A stretch of DNA of 63,305 nucleotides, filler included, from Salisapilia sapeloensis CBS 127946 (GCA_023334545.1; 16 parts of 16 records of this genome joined end to end with filler, not necessarily neighbours in it), one strand, 5' to 3'; counted from the whole stretch's first letter, positions 1 to 11,225 are shown. The notes: generated by a model from the letters alone, not told the origin. Made by a program: numbers and translations.

Positions 1-390
<390 letters not shown>

Positions 391-771
391 CTAGATCGAT
401 TATTCTCTTGTCCGGAAGGTTCGATATGTTCGTACAGTTGACAGGCATGGTTGCGCGAAGGTATAGAAAGATACAAGGCGCAACCTCAGCACCGATACAT
501 GTGCCGACCGGTCATGTATGGAAACCTGGATCTACTCTAGCACCATACATTTATCAGGCACATTTTCTTCTATCAAGCGTCTCTGCAAACCGGTGGAGGC
601 AAGAAGTAGACGATAAGGACCTATGCGAAAAGAAAGACCCTGCATAGCGCTATTGCTCAGTTGCTGGTACTTGTGAGCTTCGTCTATCTTGCTACTATCG
701 ATGCAGTTAGTGATACGGCGATATGAAAGCCTAAAAACCAAAATGCCTCCGCTCGGTGGAGCCGAAAGACT

Positions 772-1332
772 TTGTGTGCTAAGGATCTCGAGCAATCTCG
801 GCCAGCTCTGCGTCTTATCGATGTGGACAAAGGGCCGTACAAGAACGGCTCGCAGACTGGCATCTACCCTCGCCTCTTTTGCTTCGTGAACACAATATCG
901 GTGCATCACGAGACGAGAGCTCGGTCGATTGCTGAAACGTGGGGTCAGCGCTGTGATAAGCTCGTGTTTTTCAGCAACGTGAGCGGTACGATCGACGTTG
1001 GGAGCTTGTCTTTCCCTGTCATAGGCTTTGACGTTCCATCCGACCACAACCATCTCTGGCTAAAGCATAAAGCTAGCCTCCAGTACGTATATGACCATTA
1101 TCGAAATGACTACGACTGGTTCTACAAGGCAGATGATGATGCATATGTCATCGTCGACAACGTTCGTGCGTACGTTCGTCGCCTAGAGATGGTCATGCGA
1201 CACAAGACGGAGCCGATCCAAGTCGGGCATCGGTTCAACTTGACGCAGCATCTAACAGAGTACTACATTGTGGATCCGAATCTAGAGAAAGAGTTCCTGT
1301 CGCAATGGGATCGATGGGTATTCAACTCGGGC
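772..1332 (+). CDS. GT31 / core-1 beta-1,3-galactosyltransferase (C1GALT1/fringe-like), partial
   Basis: RLFCFV, TWGQRCDKLVFFS, LW.K, DWFYKADDDAYVIVDNVRAY (DxD), GHRF and FNSG motifs. Start uncertain; 3' end truncated by the linker. Confidence 0.85.
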
Positions 1333-1432
1333 NNNNNNNNNNNNNNNNNNNNNNNNNNNNNNNNNNNNNNNNNNNNTTAATTAATTAANNNNNNNNNNNN
1401 NNNNNNNNNNNNNNNNNNNNNNNNNNNNNNNN
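1333..1432. other. Artificial contig linker N44-TTAATTAATTAA-N44 (15 copies in the window)
   Basis: The same 100-nt spacer occurs at 1333, 10985, 17221, 18329, 19619, 27274, 35120, 41438, 43045, 51187, 54124, 55534, 57465, 59336 and 60656. The 12-mer gives stops in all frames. Confidence 0.99.
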
Positions 1433-1467
1433 AATAGCCTCGTCTGTTGGTTGTCTTTATTACGACG

Positions 1468-2689
1468 ATGGAGAACTTGGTGTACCTGTCTATCGGCTAC
1501 TTGTACCCACTCTACGCGTCTACCAAGGCGCTGCAGCAGGATGACGCTCGTCTAGTCTACCACTGGATCGCCTTTTGGTACGTGAACACAAGTCCCTCGT
1601 ATCTAGACGAGGTGCATGATAACATTGTTCATGGACAGGACCATCCACTTTGCATTCGCTCTGTTGGACGCGAGCCTCGGGTGGCTGCTCAATGTGGTCG
1701 TCCCGTTCTACCAGCAACTCAGGCTCTTGTTTCTACTCGCGTTGCTTTCGACTACGCCTCGACAAGACCAGCCCAGGTCGCTCATGCAGTCGACGCTAGA
1801 AGACTACGTGCTGCCAGGTTTCCGTCACTGCCAGCCTACTCTGGAGACCTTTGCCGCCAACCATTCACTCCATCTGAACAATCGAGCTATCGGTGCGCTT
1901 CGAAGTGGGCTGGAGGTCGTGCTGGAGAAGGCGTTACAGACAATAGACCAGCCTCGAGAGCTGAACGCGCAGCAGCAGTTTGCGCTCTCCATAGTACGCC
2001 AAGCTGTCTCTAACTTCCAGAGCGCCGTCTCAAGCGGCAATCTGGTCGATGCCACCGACGATGCGGTGGCGTGCCTGCCTCCTCCTTATCTGACGAAAGA
2101 GCTCAGCATCGAGGCGTGCGTCAAGTCGGAGAACGTTGAGCTCCGTCCTTCGGCTCTGGTGGATGAAGAGGATGAGAGCGAGAAGAAGGCGTGGCTCGCG
2201 TACTCCACGACAAACGGACTGGACACTGGCATCTCGTACACCAAGACCACAAAGGTTCAGAGGCATCGTCATCTATCATCGATTCCAAAAGTGGTGGAGG
2301 AGCTGCTGGAAGGCGTCGAGCTAGTATACTACTCTACGGACAGTCGATCGCTCCAGCCGAAGAAGCGCATTCTCAAACTCGAGAGCGAGGACGCGACCCA
2401 CCTGACGTTCCAGACCACCAACGAGAGCAACAGGCACAAGAGCGCCCGTCTGTCGCTGCTGAATCTGGGCCAAGTCCGACCTCTGTCGAGAGAAGAGGAG
2501 ATCCAGATTGCTGCAAAGTACCCAAAGGAGAGCGCCACAGGTGACTTGGACATGGACGAAATGTTCCTCGTCGCGAATGAAAAGACGACGCTCGTCTTCC
2601 AGGCACTCACAGAGATGAGTCGAGACCGCATCGTCGACGGTCTCCAGTGGCTCATCCAAGACCGTCGTCTCGGTTCCACGGACATCTAA
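1468..2689 (+). CDS. TB2/DP1/HVA22 (REEP-like) protein with C-terminal PH-like domain; intron 1578-1638
   Basis: MENLVYLSIGYLYPLYASTKAL...HWIAFW|TIHFAFALLD...VPFYQQLRLLFLL matches TB2/DP1. The C-terminal LLEGVELVYY...KKRILKL...TLVFQALTEMSRDRIVDGLQWL resembles a PLC/Num1-type PH fold. Intron is GTACGT...CAG. Confidence 0.8.
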
Positions 2690-2706
2690 CGGGTAGCAAC
2701 TAGAAA
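2481..2706 (+). repeat. 226-bp segment repeated in inverted orientation at 10759-10984 (2 mismatches)
   Basis: Direct comparison shows differences only at 2516/10949 and 2646/10819. Confidence 0.95.
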
Positions 2707-2818
2707 CTAATAAAAAACACATCAAGCTTCGCACCTTTCAAAAGTATTGTACTCATTCCTCTATTGCATAAATTACATCCTGCGTCGGCGCCATTGTCAA
2801 AATCGTAAAAGAAAAAAT

Positions 2819-5107
2819 CTAGACCACATCGACACTCTTCTTACGAAAAGCAAAGTGGTCTCGGAAGATCTCTGGACTCGCATGTCGTTTAAAGTCCACG
2901 ACACTCCCATCCGTCGAGCTATCTCCACTCTCCCTCAGTCCAACCATCACTTCATCTTCGTCATCCTCCAAGATGATACCGTCTCCATCATCTCCATCCA
3001 CAGAGCTCCATCGAATCTCTTTCAAACTCTCTCCCTGCCTCCTCTTATGGAAGACCTTACGTCTCGCTGACAAGAGCTTCGGCGTGATCGTATACAGTTC
3101 CACATCTAGTTCCAATTGGCTAATCGCGTGCATGCCAAAGTACTCAACTCGATGCGGGATCTTAATCTCTTCTTTCGATCGAGCAATGTGCTGAGCGATA
3201 CGTCTCGACATGATGATTTCACCACCAAAGCCCACGTCTCCGATCTCACGTCCGATCAACTCCGACGCACCGACGTATAAAGCTTTGCCTGTGACTGGAT
3301 GCTTCTGAACGACAAAGTGTCCTTCTTCATTCTGATTCGCATCATGAATGCCCATACGCACTCGAATGCCTTTAAATAACAATCGAGGCTTAAGCTTTAA
3401 AACCCACTCGGTCTTAGTAGCTGCGAGTAAGTTCTCGAGTTTCTGCGGCCATTTCAAGTGAAGTAGCTTGAGCTGAGCTTCGAGACAGTAGTTGACAGCA
3501 TCTGCGACGGTGTGGAAAGCTAGTTGGAAACTATCTCCAGCCGTCGTGATCTCGTAACCATTATGACGAAGGAGAAGTGTGCGTAGTAGATCGTCATGTA
3601 GCATCTGAGCTTCCTCGACGATCTCTTCATTCTGTAGTGAACTCCAAAGCTCAGAAGAGGATTCAATGTCCGTGTTGACAAAGATCGGGTTCTGAGGAGG
3701 TGTTAGGAGCGGATTGTCTGTAGCGGACATGGATGCAGCATGTCTTCTCGATGCGCGTCTCTGTTTCCACTCGGGTGAGTTCTTAATGTCCGTCGGGATG
3801 CATGGATAGAGGAGTTTGAAACAGCATTGTTGAGATCCACCCATGACAAAGGCTTGAACGGCACCAAAGAGATAGAATAACGTCGTGAAGATGCCGATGA
3901 GATAGTCTGGACAGTGTGCAAACTTATTGTACGAACTCATGCTGAGCAAAACGATCTGAGAACACGAGAATGGAAGAGTAAAGATGGTACAGACGATGAC
4001 GAGGAGCTTTAGTCGTCGGTATAACGGACTCGCTGTCTTGGTACCATGCACATGCTCATTCTTTCGACCACTGTGTTTCAGTAGGATAAGCGCTCCTGTG
4101 GCGTACACGACTGCCACGACACTTGCTACGTGCTGTAGGATACCAAAGACTCTGTACGCACGGTTGTAACCGCCGTTAAGCACTGTGATGGGAATGACGC
4201 AGCAAAAGAAGAGGAGGACGATGACTCCTGCGGCGATACAGTACCTACGAATCATCTTCCGCTCGCTCTTCTGACCTCGGTCGAATGTCGCCATGGCTAG
4301 ATGGAAGAGTTCTCGCGTGAGGAGGAAGATCCAGTAGGCACTGAGCACGACAAACAAGTTTTCAAGTAACAACAAGACGGTTAAAGAGGCACTAAGAGGC
4401 CGCGTGTCGTGGGTCAAACGAGTCAGATAGGCGGATTCCCCTCCGTCGTCAATGTCCTCTGCGAGGAGAAGCGCTTGGATCGGATCGTCGAGTGCATCTA
4501 AAAGTGTCGCGGACGTGTAGACTGATTCGTCTCCTGTAACTTGGATAGAGAAGCCGTTGCGGTCACTCGGCGTCGCGACTTCGTTTTCTATCGTCTGTAC
4601 TAGCGTGTTGTAGGAGGATAATAGGACGGCGTAGAAGAGGCCGCCGAATAGCGAATGGAGGGCTGTGCACACGAGGAAGGAGGTGATGACGAATCGGACG
4701 GTCGAGCGGAAAATGTCGCCTCCGAGTCGGCGCATGTGCCATGTGGCGAGTGCTGTTGCGAGGAAGGATAGGAAGAGGACGGCGCAGTAGACGTACATCC
4801 ATGCTGTGTCGAGCGAGACCTCATGTGCTGAATGGAGCACGTAGTCGAGTGTCGCAGCATAGTCGCTGCCGTCGGCTTCGTGGCTCATAAGTCTCCGTAT
4901 GCAGATCGAAGTCGAAGTATTGGATGGATTAAAAAATGCTATCGATCGCCTAGGCTTCTTGTTGTACTCGTCGTCACTGGTGTCCGTCGACCACGGTACA
5001 GACTCGCTTATATAATTTGCTTTGGTTCTCGCTTCCTTGACTGGCTTTGACAATGTGACGACGCAGTATACAAACAAGCAGAGGAAAAAAGACATGGCTG
5101 AACCCAT
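2819..5107 (-). CDS. 7TM (GPCR-like) class III nucleotidyl cyclase fusion
   Basis: Seven hydrophobic segments (YVYCAVLFL..., FVITSFLVC..., LTVLLLLENLF..., YCIAAGVIV..., VFGILQHVAS..., LLVIVCTIF..., YLIGIFTTLF...) followed by VFVNTDIESSSELW...YEITTAGDSFQLAF...IRVRMGIH...GFGGEIIMS. Start could be 5107, a nearby Met, or 4888 (MSHEADG). Confidence 0.9.
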   Translation of the reverse strand: MGSAMSFFLCLFVYCVVTLSKPVKEARTKANYISESVPWSTDTSDDEYNKKPRRSIAFFNPSNTSTSICIRRLMSHEADGSDYAATLDYVLHSAHEVSLDTAWMYVYCAVLFLSFLATALATWHMRRLGGDIFRSTVRFVITSFLVCTALHSLFGGLFYAVLLSSYNTLVQTIENEVATPSDRNGFSIQVTGDESVYTSATLLDALDDPIQALLLAEDIDDGGESAYLTRLTHDTRPLSASLTVLLLLENLFVVLSAYWIFLLTRELFHLAMATFDRGQKSERKMIRRYCIAAGVIVLLFFCCVIPITVLNGGYNRAYRVFGILQHVASVVAVVYATGALILLKHSGRKNEHVHGTKTASPLYRRLKLLVIVCTIFTLPFSCSQIVLLSMSSYNKFAHCPDYLIGIFTTLFYLFGAVQAFVMGGSQQCCFKLLYPCIPTDIKNSPEWKQRRASRRHAASMSATDNPLLTPPQNPIFVNTDIESSSELWSSLQNEEIVEEAQMLHDDLLRTLLLRHNGYEITTAGDSFQLAFHTVADAVNYCLEAQLKLLHLKWPQKLENLLAATKTEWVLKLKPRLLFKGIRVRMGIHDANQNEEGHFVVQKHPVTGKALYVGASELIGREIGDVGFGGEIIMSRRIAQHIARSKEEIKIPHRVEYFGMHAISQLELDVELYTITPKLLSARRKVFHKRRQGESLKEIRWSSVDGDDGDGIILEDDEDEVMVGLRESGDSSTDGSVVDFKRHASPEIFRDHFAFRKKSVDVV

Positions 5108-5299
5108 TTAACCGTACTCAAAGGCTCGATCATATACCAATGCCTCCGATTGTAAGCCCGATCGTTCAGCCAGTACTGGATATGGTTACTACCCGTGATC
5201 ATTATCTGCTACATTGTCGAGCTTTCTTCTTCTTTGTTGCATAAAACAGTTTCGACTGGCAATATTCAACAAGACGTTCAAATATGGAAAAAAGGCAAG

Positions 5300-6461
5300 C
5301 TACGAGGTATCTTCAGCCACATATTTAGAACGCATACGACGGTAGTAGTTAGCATGACGTGGGTCCAGTTCGCATGCCTTTGCATAGAGTTCTTGGCATT
5401 TTTCGCGGGCGTCCACGTGATGGCTGGCGTCAGCTTCGATCAAACCAGCGTATGATTTGGCTAGGGCTAGTACCACCCACTTGGCTTCCGTTTCCATTTC
5501 CAGCAACTCTTCGAGCCACTCTATCTGGCTTTCCAGAAACGCCTTTTCGGTCGAATCGTCGCCAGATGACCTGACAATCTCCAACATGGAGTCCACCAAG
5601 TAGTTGTAGTAAAACCAGCCACTCTGGTCATCCGGCTCGGTGAAGACGGCCTGTTGGATGAATGCGATTTCCTCGAAAATCACATCCGAGGTCAATGGAT
5701 CGGGGAGACACAAGGTCCGCTGTGTTAATGCCTAGTAACGTCGCAATCGTCAGTTGAGTTTACTTCAATGCCAATGCGACTGGTCACTAGGGGAAGTGGA
5801 TCGTACTGCGTAGTTGGAAAAGTTTTGCTCGATCTTGTGTGTCGTGAAAGCCAAATCATCCTCTCGGGATACATTGGCAAGTTTACAGATACGACGTCTG
5901 TAGTTCCAGCAATGGTAATTGCGCTCATCTACCAGATTGACTTTCAGAAGATGCCATCATCCAGTATCTAGTATTGCACCAGACGCACCTAGTTCCAAAA
6001 GTCGATTGCACAACTTGATTTCCTTTTCATAGTCGCCCCATCCGAGTTGGTTGACTAGCCATTGCCTATGAAACCATGTCGGATATGACTTTGGATGACG
6101 GTGGATCGCATCCTAATTCAGACTTTAGTATCCAAAATTAGGCAAAGATACATAAGAAATATACAAAAGTAAGCTTAAACTCGGTTTCCGCTAGCTTGTC
6201 CATGTCAGAGCTATCGCTCTCCACTAGGTGCAGCAGAATCTCTCGACGGTAGCTCCAGATCATCTGAAAGTCAGGATTGAGAAGCAGGAGGTGGCTGGTC
6301 AATGCCAACGAGCTCTCTTCCAACCGCTTTTCATTCTTCAAAGCGATGACCTTGTCTGCGATTTCATGGTACACGTGTACTTTTCTCAGCTCCTCTTGCT
6401 TCTCCTCCCTCGTCTTCTGAGCTTCCTTGGCTTGCTCATCCTTCTTCACGCGGCCGTGCAT
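5300..6461 (-). CDS. RABGGTA: Rab geranylgeranyltransferase alpha subunit (multi-exon)
   Basis: N-terminus MHGRVKK...LTSHLLLLNPDFQMIWSYRREIL; C-terminal exon EEIAFIQQAVFTEPDDQSGWFY...LCELDP-type ending (KACELDPRHANYY). Confidence 0.9.
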
Positions 6462-6905
6462 CGTGAATTGACTTGTCTTTTATATATAATTAGTTTATCC
6501 AATCGAAAGAATTCATTTCGTCGAGCTTTGAAGCTGCTAAAAGTATCTTTATTAAGTAGTGTCTACGAGAGATTAATGCTACTTTGTCGGAATCGAGCAG
6601 TCGACACTTTGTTGCGAGTGCTTCGTGCTGCATATTCCTATCATCTACCGCTAATGAAAGTCTGTTTAAACGTGAGAAGTGCATGCACTCCGACAAATCT
6701 CGATCAACGCACCAAAAGGAATGATTGCTTTATTCGTACACTTGCGCTGACTATACCAAAGTGTCCTTTTCGAGCTGAAACCACAAGAACGAATCTGAAT
6801 CGCACCGAAGTAGCCAAGTGTCTGTTCCCAAGCAACGACGTACCACAAGCCATTCCTCAAAGGAAACACACTCTACCGCAGTAGACGCAGCAACAGACAT
6901 CACCA

Positions 6906-7884
6906 ATGGCAAAAGAATGCACTCTTATCGCGGATAAAACCGATAATGCGATCCAATTGCTACTCGGGGTCATTGCCCTCTCGTCCTTGTACGGAAAGTG
7001 GTACTTTGAGCGACCACGCCGTCCCATGAACGTGTGGTTCCTTGATGCCATGAAGCAAGGGACGTCCGCCTTGATGATTCATATCTTAAATATCTTCATG
7101 TCCATTGGCATCTCGGACCATAATGGATCGCAATACGCTGACCAAGTGCGTTTGAACAGCCCTATAGCTTTATTTGCGATTGGTTTTACTTACAAAGTGC
7201 ATTTGACAGTGTGCTTTCTACTTTATGAACGTCGTCGTGGACACAACGCTAGGTGTCTATATTGCCTACCTACTTCTCAACGTTGTCACATGGGCTGCGG
7301 TACTCTATTCCATTTTACGCCTTACTCAATAAGAAAACTAATTCATTGCCCTGTAGCAAAAATATCACTGGAAAGCACTTGAACAGCCTGGACGATATGG
7401 CGAACCTCCATCCCTCCAAACGTGGTTCATCCAACTGTTTTCTTGGTCTTCAGTGCTATTCATCATGAAGATGATTATGGCGTTTTCGATCTTTGTCTTT
7501 CGTGAACCCTTGGGCATCGTCGGTGGCATCATCTTCTACCCGTTCGCCGAGTATCCCAAGATCGAGCTTCTTATTGTAATGATCGGTTGCCCGTTTGTAA
7601 TGAATATGGTGCAGTTTTGGATTCAGGATAGTTTCCTTAAGGACAGTAACGGCAATACGACCGATCCAGCGTACATCTCCGCAGAGATGGATGGCGAAGG
7701 ACTGCCGCTCCTTGCACCAACAGCTCCATTCAATCGACCGGCTACACCAAGTGAACTGGAAAGCAATGGTCTGAGCCGAGCCATTTCCGCAAATTCAGGT
7801 TCGCACTCGCAATCCGGAAAGTGGAAAAGTCAAGAGAACGGAGCAAGTGACTCTATGCATGTAGAGCCAACTAAACCGGAATAA
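6906..7884 (+). CDS. STIMATE/TMEM110-family membrane protein (multi-exon)
   Basis: IQLLLGVIALSSLYGKWYFERPRRPMNVWFLDAMKQG and KIELLIVMIGCPFVMNMVQFWIQDSFLK motifs. Confidence 0.8.
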
Positions 7885-8572
7885 ATTAACTTTGCTTTCA
7901 TGGTAGTTGTATAGCTTCACGTAAGTGATAAGCTTTGCTATTTATGTTAAACAACGAGGTGTTATGCGCTGTGTGAGATAAATGCTGTCATAAGCGCTTT
8001 TCTGCTCGAAAACTAGAGGAACGAGTCGATTGATCAGGAAGCGTGATATCTATTTGATGCTGTCGAGGTTTTGGCATTGGATGGACCATACCTCGCCTCC
8101 ATGTTGCTACACTGACCATTAGGTAGCTGCGATATTCGTTTGTAACTAAACGGACAGAGCGCTTTGCGCATGATGTCGACGATATGAAGACTTGTCGAGA
8201 CGATAAGCCGACAAGCAAAATCCGTCAGCTGGACCACATCCAGAGTGACTGGCTCGTGTCTCAACTTTCCGACCTATCCTTCAGCTAATCACCATTTGCT
8301 TTGCGTTAACAACACATAAAACGCGTCCGGAAGGCTTGTTGCCGTGATCAACTGCCTCTACAAGCTGCGTTTTCATCAATCTGGCGTTTTATGCCAGTTA
8401 ATGCTAAAATTACATACTTTGATCAGGTGTAATTTATTCATGTAATTTTCATATGGCATACATTTTTACTGATATATCGGATTGCAATCTTCGTCATTTA
8501 CGCCTTGTCGAGAAAGTAAAGAGAAGGCTGCTTCTTTTCAGAATCCAGCAAAGCGACTTGTGAGAATCAGAG

Positions 8573-10675
8573 ATGGCGACGACTGGAAATGCATCCATCA
8601 TGGGCTTAACCAACGATGGACGTGCCTTGGAGCGGCAACGTGCAGCTTTCTCTTTCATTCGTACTAGTCTGCATCAACAAGAATTTTACGCTGCTCGCAA
8701 CGCCTTCTTAAACCTGCCGGATCTCGACTGTAACCGGAAATTCTTTCTGGAAGAAGTTCTTCGTGACGGATATGCTAGTACACGGTTGGAAACGCCTACG
8801 ATTATAACTTTCCTAGAGGGTCTACCGGTGTGGCATTGGGCGCTAGATGGGTGTGTCATCTTGCACGACGTTTATAGTAACGTCCAAGCCTTTGAGAAGC
8901 CGCATGATGTAGACAACGTATTGCCGATCATGCCTTTAGCGCTGTTTCTACACAAGTTACTGCAACAACTTGAAGGAGATGAAAGGGCTAGAGCGGAAAC
9001 TTACTTTTATACCTGGATCCCGTACGTACTACGTTGCATTATCCAAGGGACACGGTTACGTCTGGAAAGTTGCCGCGGAGAGATTCTCTATGCACCAGCA
9101 TTCACCGTCGATAGGAGTCGTCGTATGTCGTTTGTTTGGCGCGATAAGTGGACTCCAGATGCAGACAAGGAGAAATGGCGTATCATCCCAGCCTCTTCGA
9201 AAGCAGATCTATTCTACATCCAAAGCGTCTACTCGAGTGAGTACTTGTACGGAGCTGCCGAAATGGAGTACGGAAAGGATACGCGTATCGAATCGAAAAA
9301 TATGCGTTACCACGCTCTATTATGGCGACATAAGAATGAAGTGCCAGGTGACTTTGCCTTATGGCAAGTGGTGTCGCTAGATGACTCGTCTTTTGCACTC
9401 TATAACCCGACACTTCGGCAGTATCTTTGTGCTCCAAAGTCCGCTCACTACTGCTCTGAACGTAATCATGTGCTGACGTCTGTGTTGGAGCAAGAGCAAA
9501 AGGAAACGTTTTGCGACGATGAACGAAGGTGGAAGATGGTCTTGCTAGACGTATCTCTTGTCGAAGAAGGTGTCTCGGCCTTTTTCAGACAAGATTACAC
9601 GCAAGCAGTCGAGTTGCTGACAAGAGCCATGTATGAATCCGACGACTATAGTCAACATGTCACGTGTCTGGCTTACCGCATGACGGCAAACTTGCGCCTC
9701 CGACATTTCGACGACATTCAAGATGACTTGAAGGAAATTGAACTTTACGGTGGTGAAAATGCCGCCATCTTCCACAACGTTTCCCACCTATGGCTCGAGT
9801 CGACTGAGTTCGCTGATTTCTACGCCTCTTGCAAAAGCAACTTGGAAAGTCACCAGTTGAAGCCGGTCTTTGCAAAGCATGAAGCCATGCTAGGGGATCA
9901 GCATTTTATTAATCGATCCTATGCGACGGCAACGGAAAGCTATGAAATTGCTTTGGGTCTTGCCAAGCCGTTCAGTACAGATATAGAGCAATGGCTAGAT
10001 GTGTATCTTAACTGCGCCAAGTGCTACTTTGCAATGGATGAAGTGGATGCTTGCGATGCTAAACTGCAGCAATTGCGGCAAGTCTTAGAGACACAAGGTT
10101 CGACTGGTATCTCCAGCACGGCAAAGTGTGCGGCATACGAAGTTCAAGTCCGACTATGGGAAGGCAAGAATTTGCGCAAGCAACATGATTATTTAGCAGC
10201 GCTGGCAAGTTTCCAGGAAGCTGCTGACGTGCTCGCGCTGTGCGGTAATAAGCTGGAGGAACAGGCACGAGACTTGCATAAAAGCGTACGTCTTGAACTT
10301 CAACTGACTCAAGCGTTTGTATCCGAATCCAACTCTGAGCCGAAGTCGGTCGACAGTGCAACTGGTGTCGACGATGACATAGAAGATGATGGGAAGAAGA
10401 TGCTATACAAACATCTGATTCAAATGTCGGATACATTCCATTGTCCACTGTCGCTGGAAATAATGACCGATCCTGTCGTGACGCCGAATGGCGACTGTTA
10501 CGAGCGTGTGATGATCGAGCGGCATTTGGAGATTAACGGAAAATTCGACCCGCTGACAAGAACACCTCTCGCGAAAGAAAATCTATATCCGAACAAGGCG
10601 TTGAAAGTGTTGGTAGCTATGATGCTGAGTGAAGATCATAACCTCGGGCTGTTGCTTGCGTCGTGTCTGAACTAG
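8573..10675 (+). CDS. Putative U-box E3 ubiquitin ligase: helical N-terminus + beta-trefoil-like + TPR-like + U-box
   Basis: U-box FHCPLSLEIMTDPVVTPNGDCYERVMIERHL...DPLTRTPL..ENLYPNKALK. TPR-like helices (GVSAFFRQDYTQAVELLTRA, LGDQHFINRSYATATESYEIAL). Three-fold LY...R...W...W repeat at about 9050-9550. Intronless, 700 aa. Confidence 0.85.
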   Translation: MATTGNASIMGLTNDGRALERQRAAFSFIRTSLHQQEFYAARNAFLNLPDLDCNRKFFLEEVLRDGYASTRLETPTIITFLEGLPVWHWALDGCVILHDVYSNVQAFEKPHDVDNVLPIMPLALFLHKLLQQLEGDERARAETYFYTWIPYVLRCIIQGTRLRLESCRGEILYAPAFTVDRSRRMSFVWRDKWTPDADKEKWRIIPASSKADLFYIQSVYSSEYLYGAAEMEYGKDTRIESKNMRYHALLWRHKNEVPGDFALWQVVSLDDSSFALYNPTLRQYLCAPKSAHYCSERNHVLTSVLEQEQKETFCDDERRWKMVLLDVSLVEEGVSAFFRQDYTQAVELLTRAMYESDDYSQHVTCLAYRMTANLRLRHFDDIQDDLKEIELYGGENAAIFHNVSHLWLESTEFADFYASCKSNLESHQLKPVFAKHEAMLGDQHFINRSYATATESYEIALGLAKPFSTDIEQWLDVYLNCAKCYFAMDEVDACDAKLQQLRQVLETQGSTGISSTAKCAAYEVQVRLWEGKNLRKQHDYLAALASFQEAADVLALCGNKLEEQARDLHKSVRLELQLTQAFVSESNSEPKSVDSATGVDDDIEDDGKKMLYKHLIQMSDTFHCPLSLEIMTDPVVTPNGDCYERVMIERHLEINGKFDPLTRTPLAKENLYPNKALKVLVAMMLSEDHNLGLLLASCLN

Positions 10676-10758
10676 GAAGCTACAGGAATTGTACTAGGAT
10701 GCATATGAAAATGGGAAATAAAATTTGATCTTGCGTATGAATTTTTACTCGTTATGAA

Positions 10759-10984
10759 TTTCTAGTTGCTACCCGTTAGATGTCCGTGGAACCGAGACGA
10801 CGGTCTTGGATGAGCCACCGGAGACCGTCGACGATGCGGTCTCGACTCATCTCTGTGAGTGCCTGGAAGACGAGCGTCGTCTTTTCATTCGCGACGAGGA
10901 ACATTTCGTCCATGTCCAAGTCACCTGTGGCGCTCTCCTTTGGGTACTGTGCAGCAATCTGGATCTCCTCTTCTCTCGACAGAG
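10759..10984 (-). repeat. Inverted copy of the 3' end of the HVA22-PH gene, running into the contig end
   Basis: Reverse complement of 2481-2706; includes the stop codon plus 17 bp of 3' flank. Confidence 0.95.
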
Positions 10985-11084
10985 NNNNNNNNNNNNNNNN
11001 NNNNNNNNNNNNNNNNNNNNNNNNNNNNTTAATTAATTAANNNNNNNNNNNNNNNNNNNNNNNNNNNNNNNNNNNNNNNNNNNN

Positions 11085-11225
11085 GGACAGGGGCAAATGT
11101 CATACAGATAAGTTCTCTCTCGGCGGCTTTTTGAAGAAGCCTCGCGATCGCACACGCGGACTTCTGAAGAATGTAGCGCCAGCTTCAAAAGTTGGATCGG
11201 GGTTAAAAAGCTCGTTTGAAGTTTG
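11085..11225 (+). repeat. Terminal inverted repeat, left copy (141 bp, identical to rc of 17080-17220)
   Basis: GGACAGGGGCAAATGTCATACAG...CTCGTTTGAAGTTTG matches the reverse complement of the contig's last 141 bp. Confidence 0.97.

Noticed and set aside
1333-1432. Regularly recurring TTAATTAATTAA flanked by Ns, superficially a repeat array
   Set aside because: Artificial six-frame-stop linker. ORFs ending in XXXLIN and any cross-contig gene neighbourhoods are meaningless.
1578-1611. Unusually short 34-nt intron in the HVA22 gene
   Set aside because: The acceptor at 1638 gives a normal 61-nt intron and a better TB2/DP1 match (FWTIHFAFALLD).
2819-10675. Functional cluster of membrane-trafficking/signalling genes (HVA22, 7TM-cyclase, RABGGTA, STIMATE, U-box)
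   Set aside because: There is no shared pathway beyond loose association; ordinary neighbours in a compact genome.
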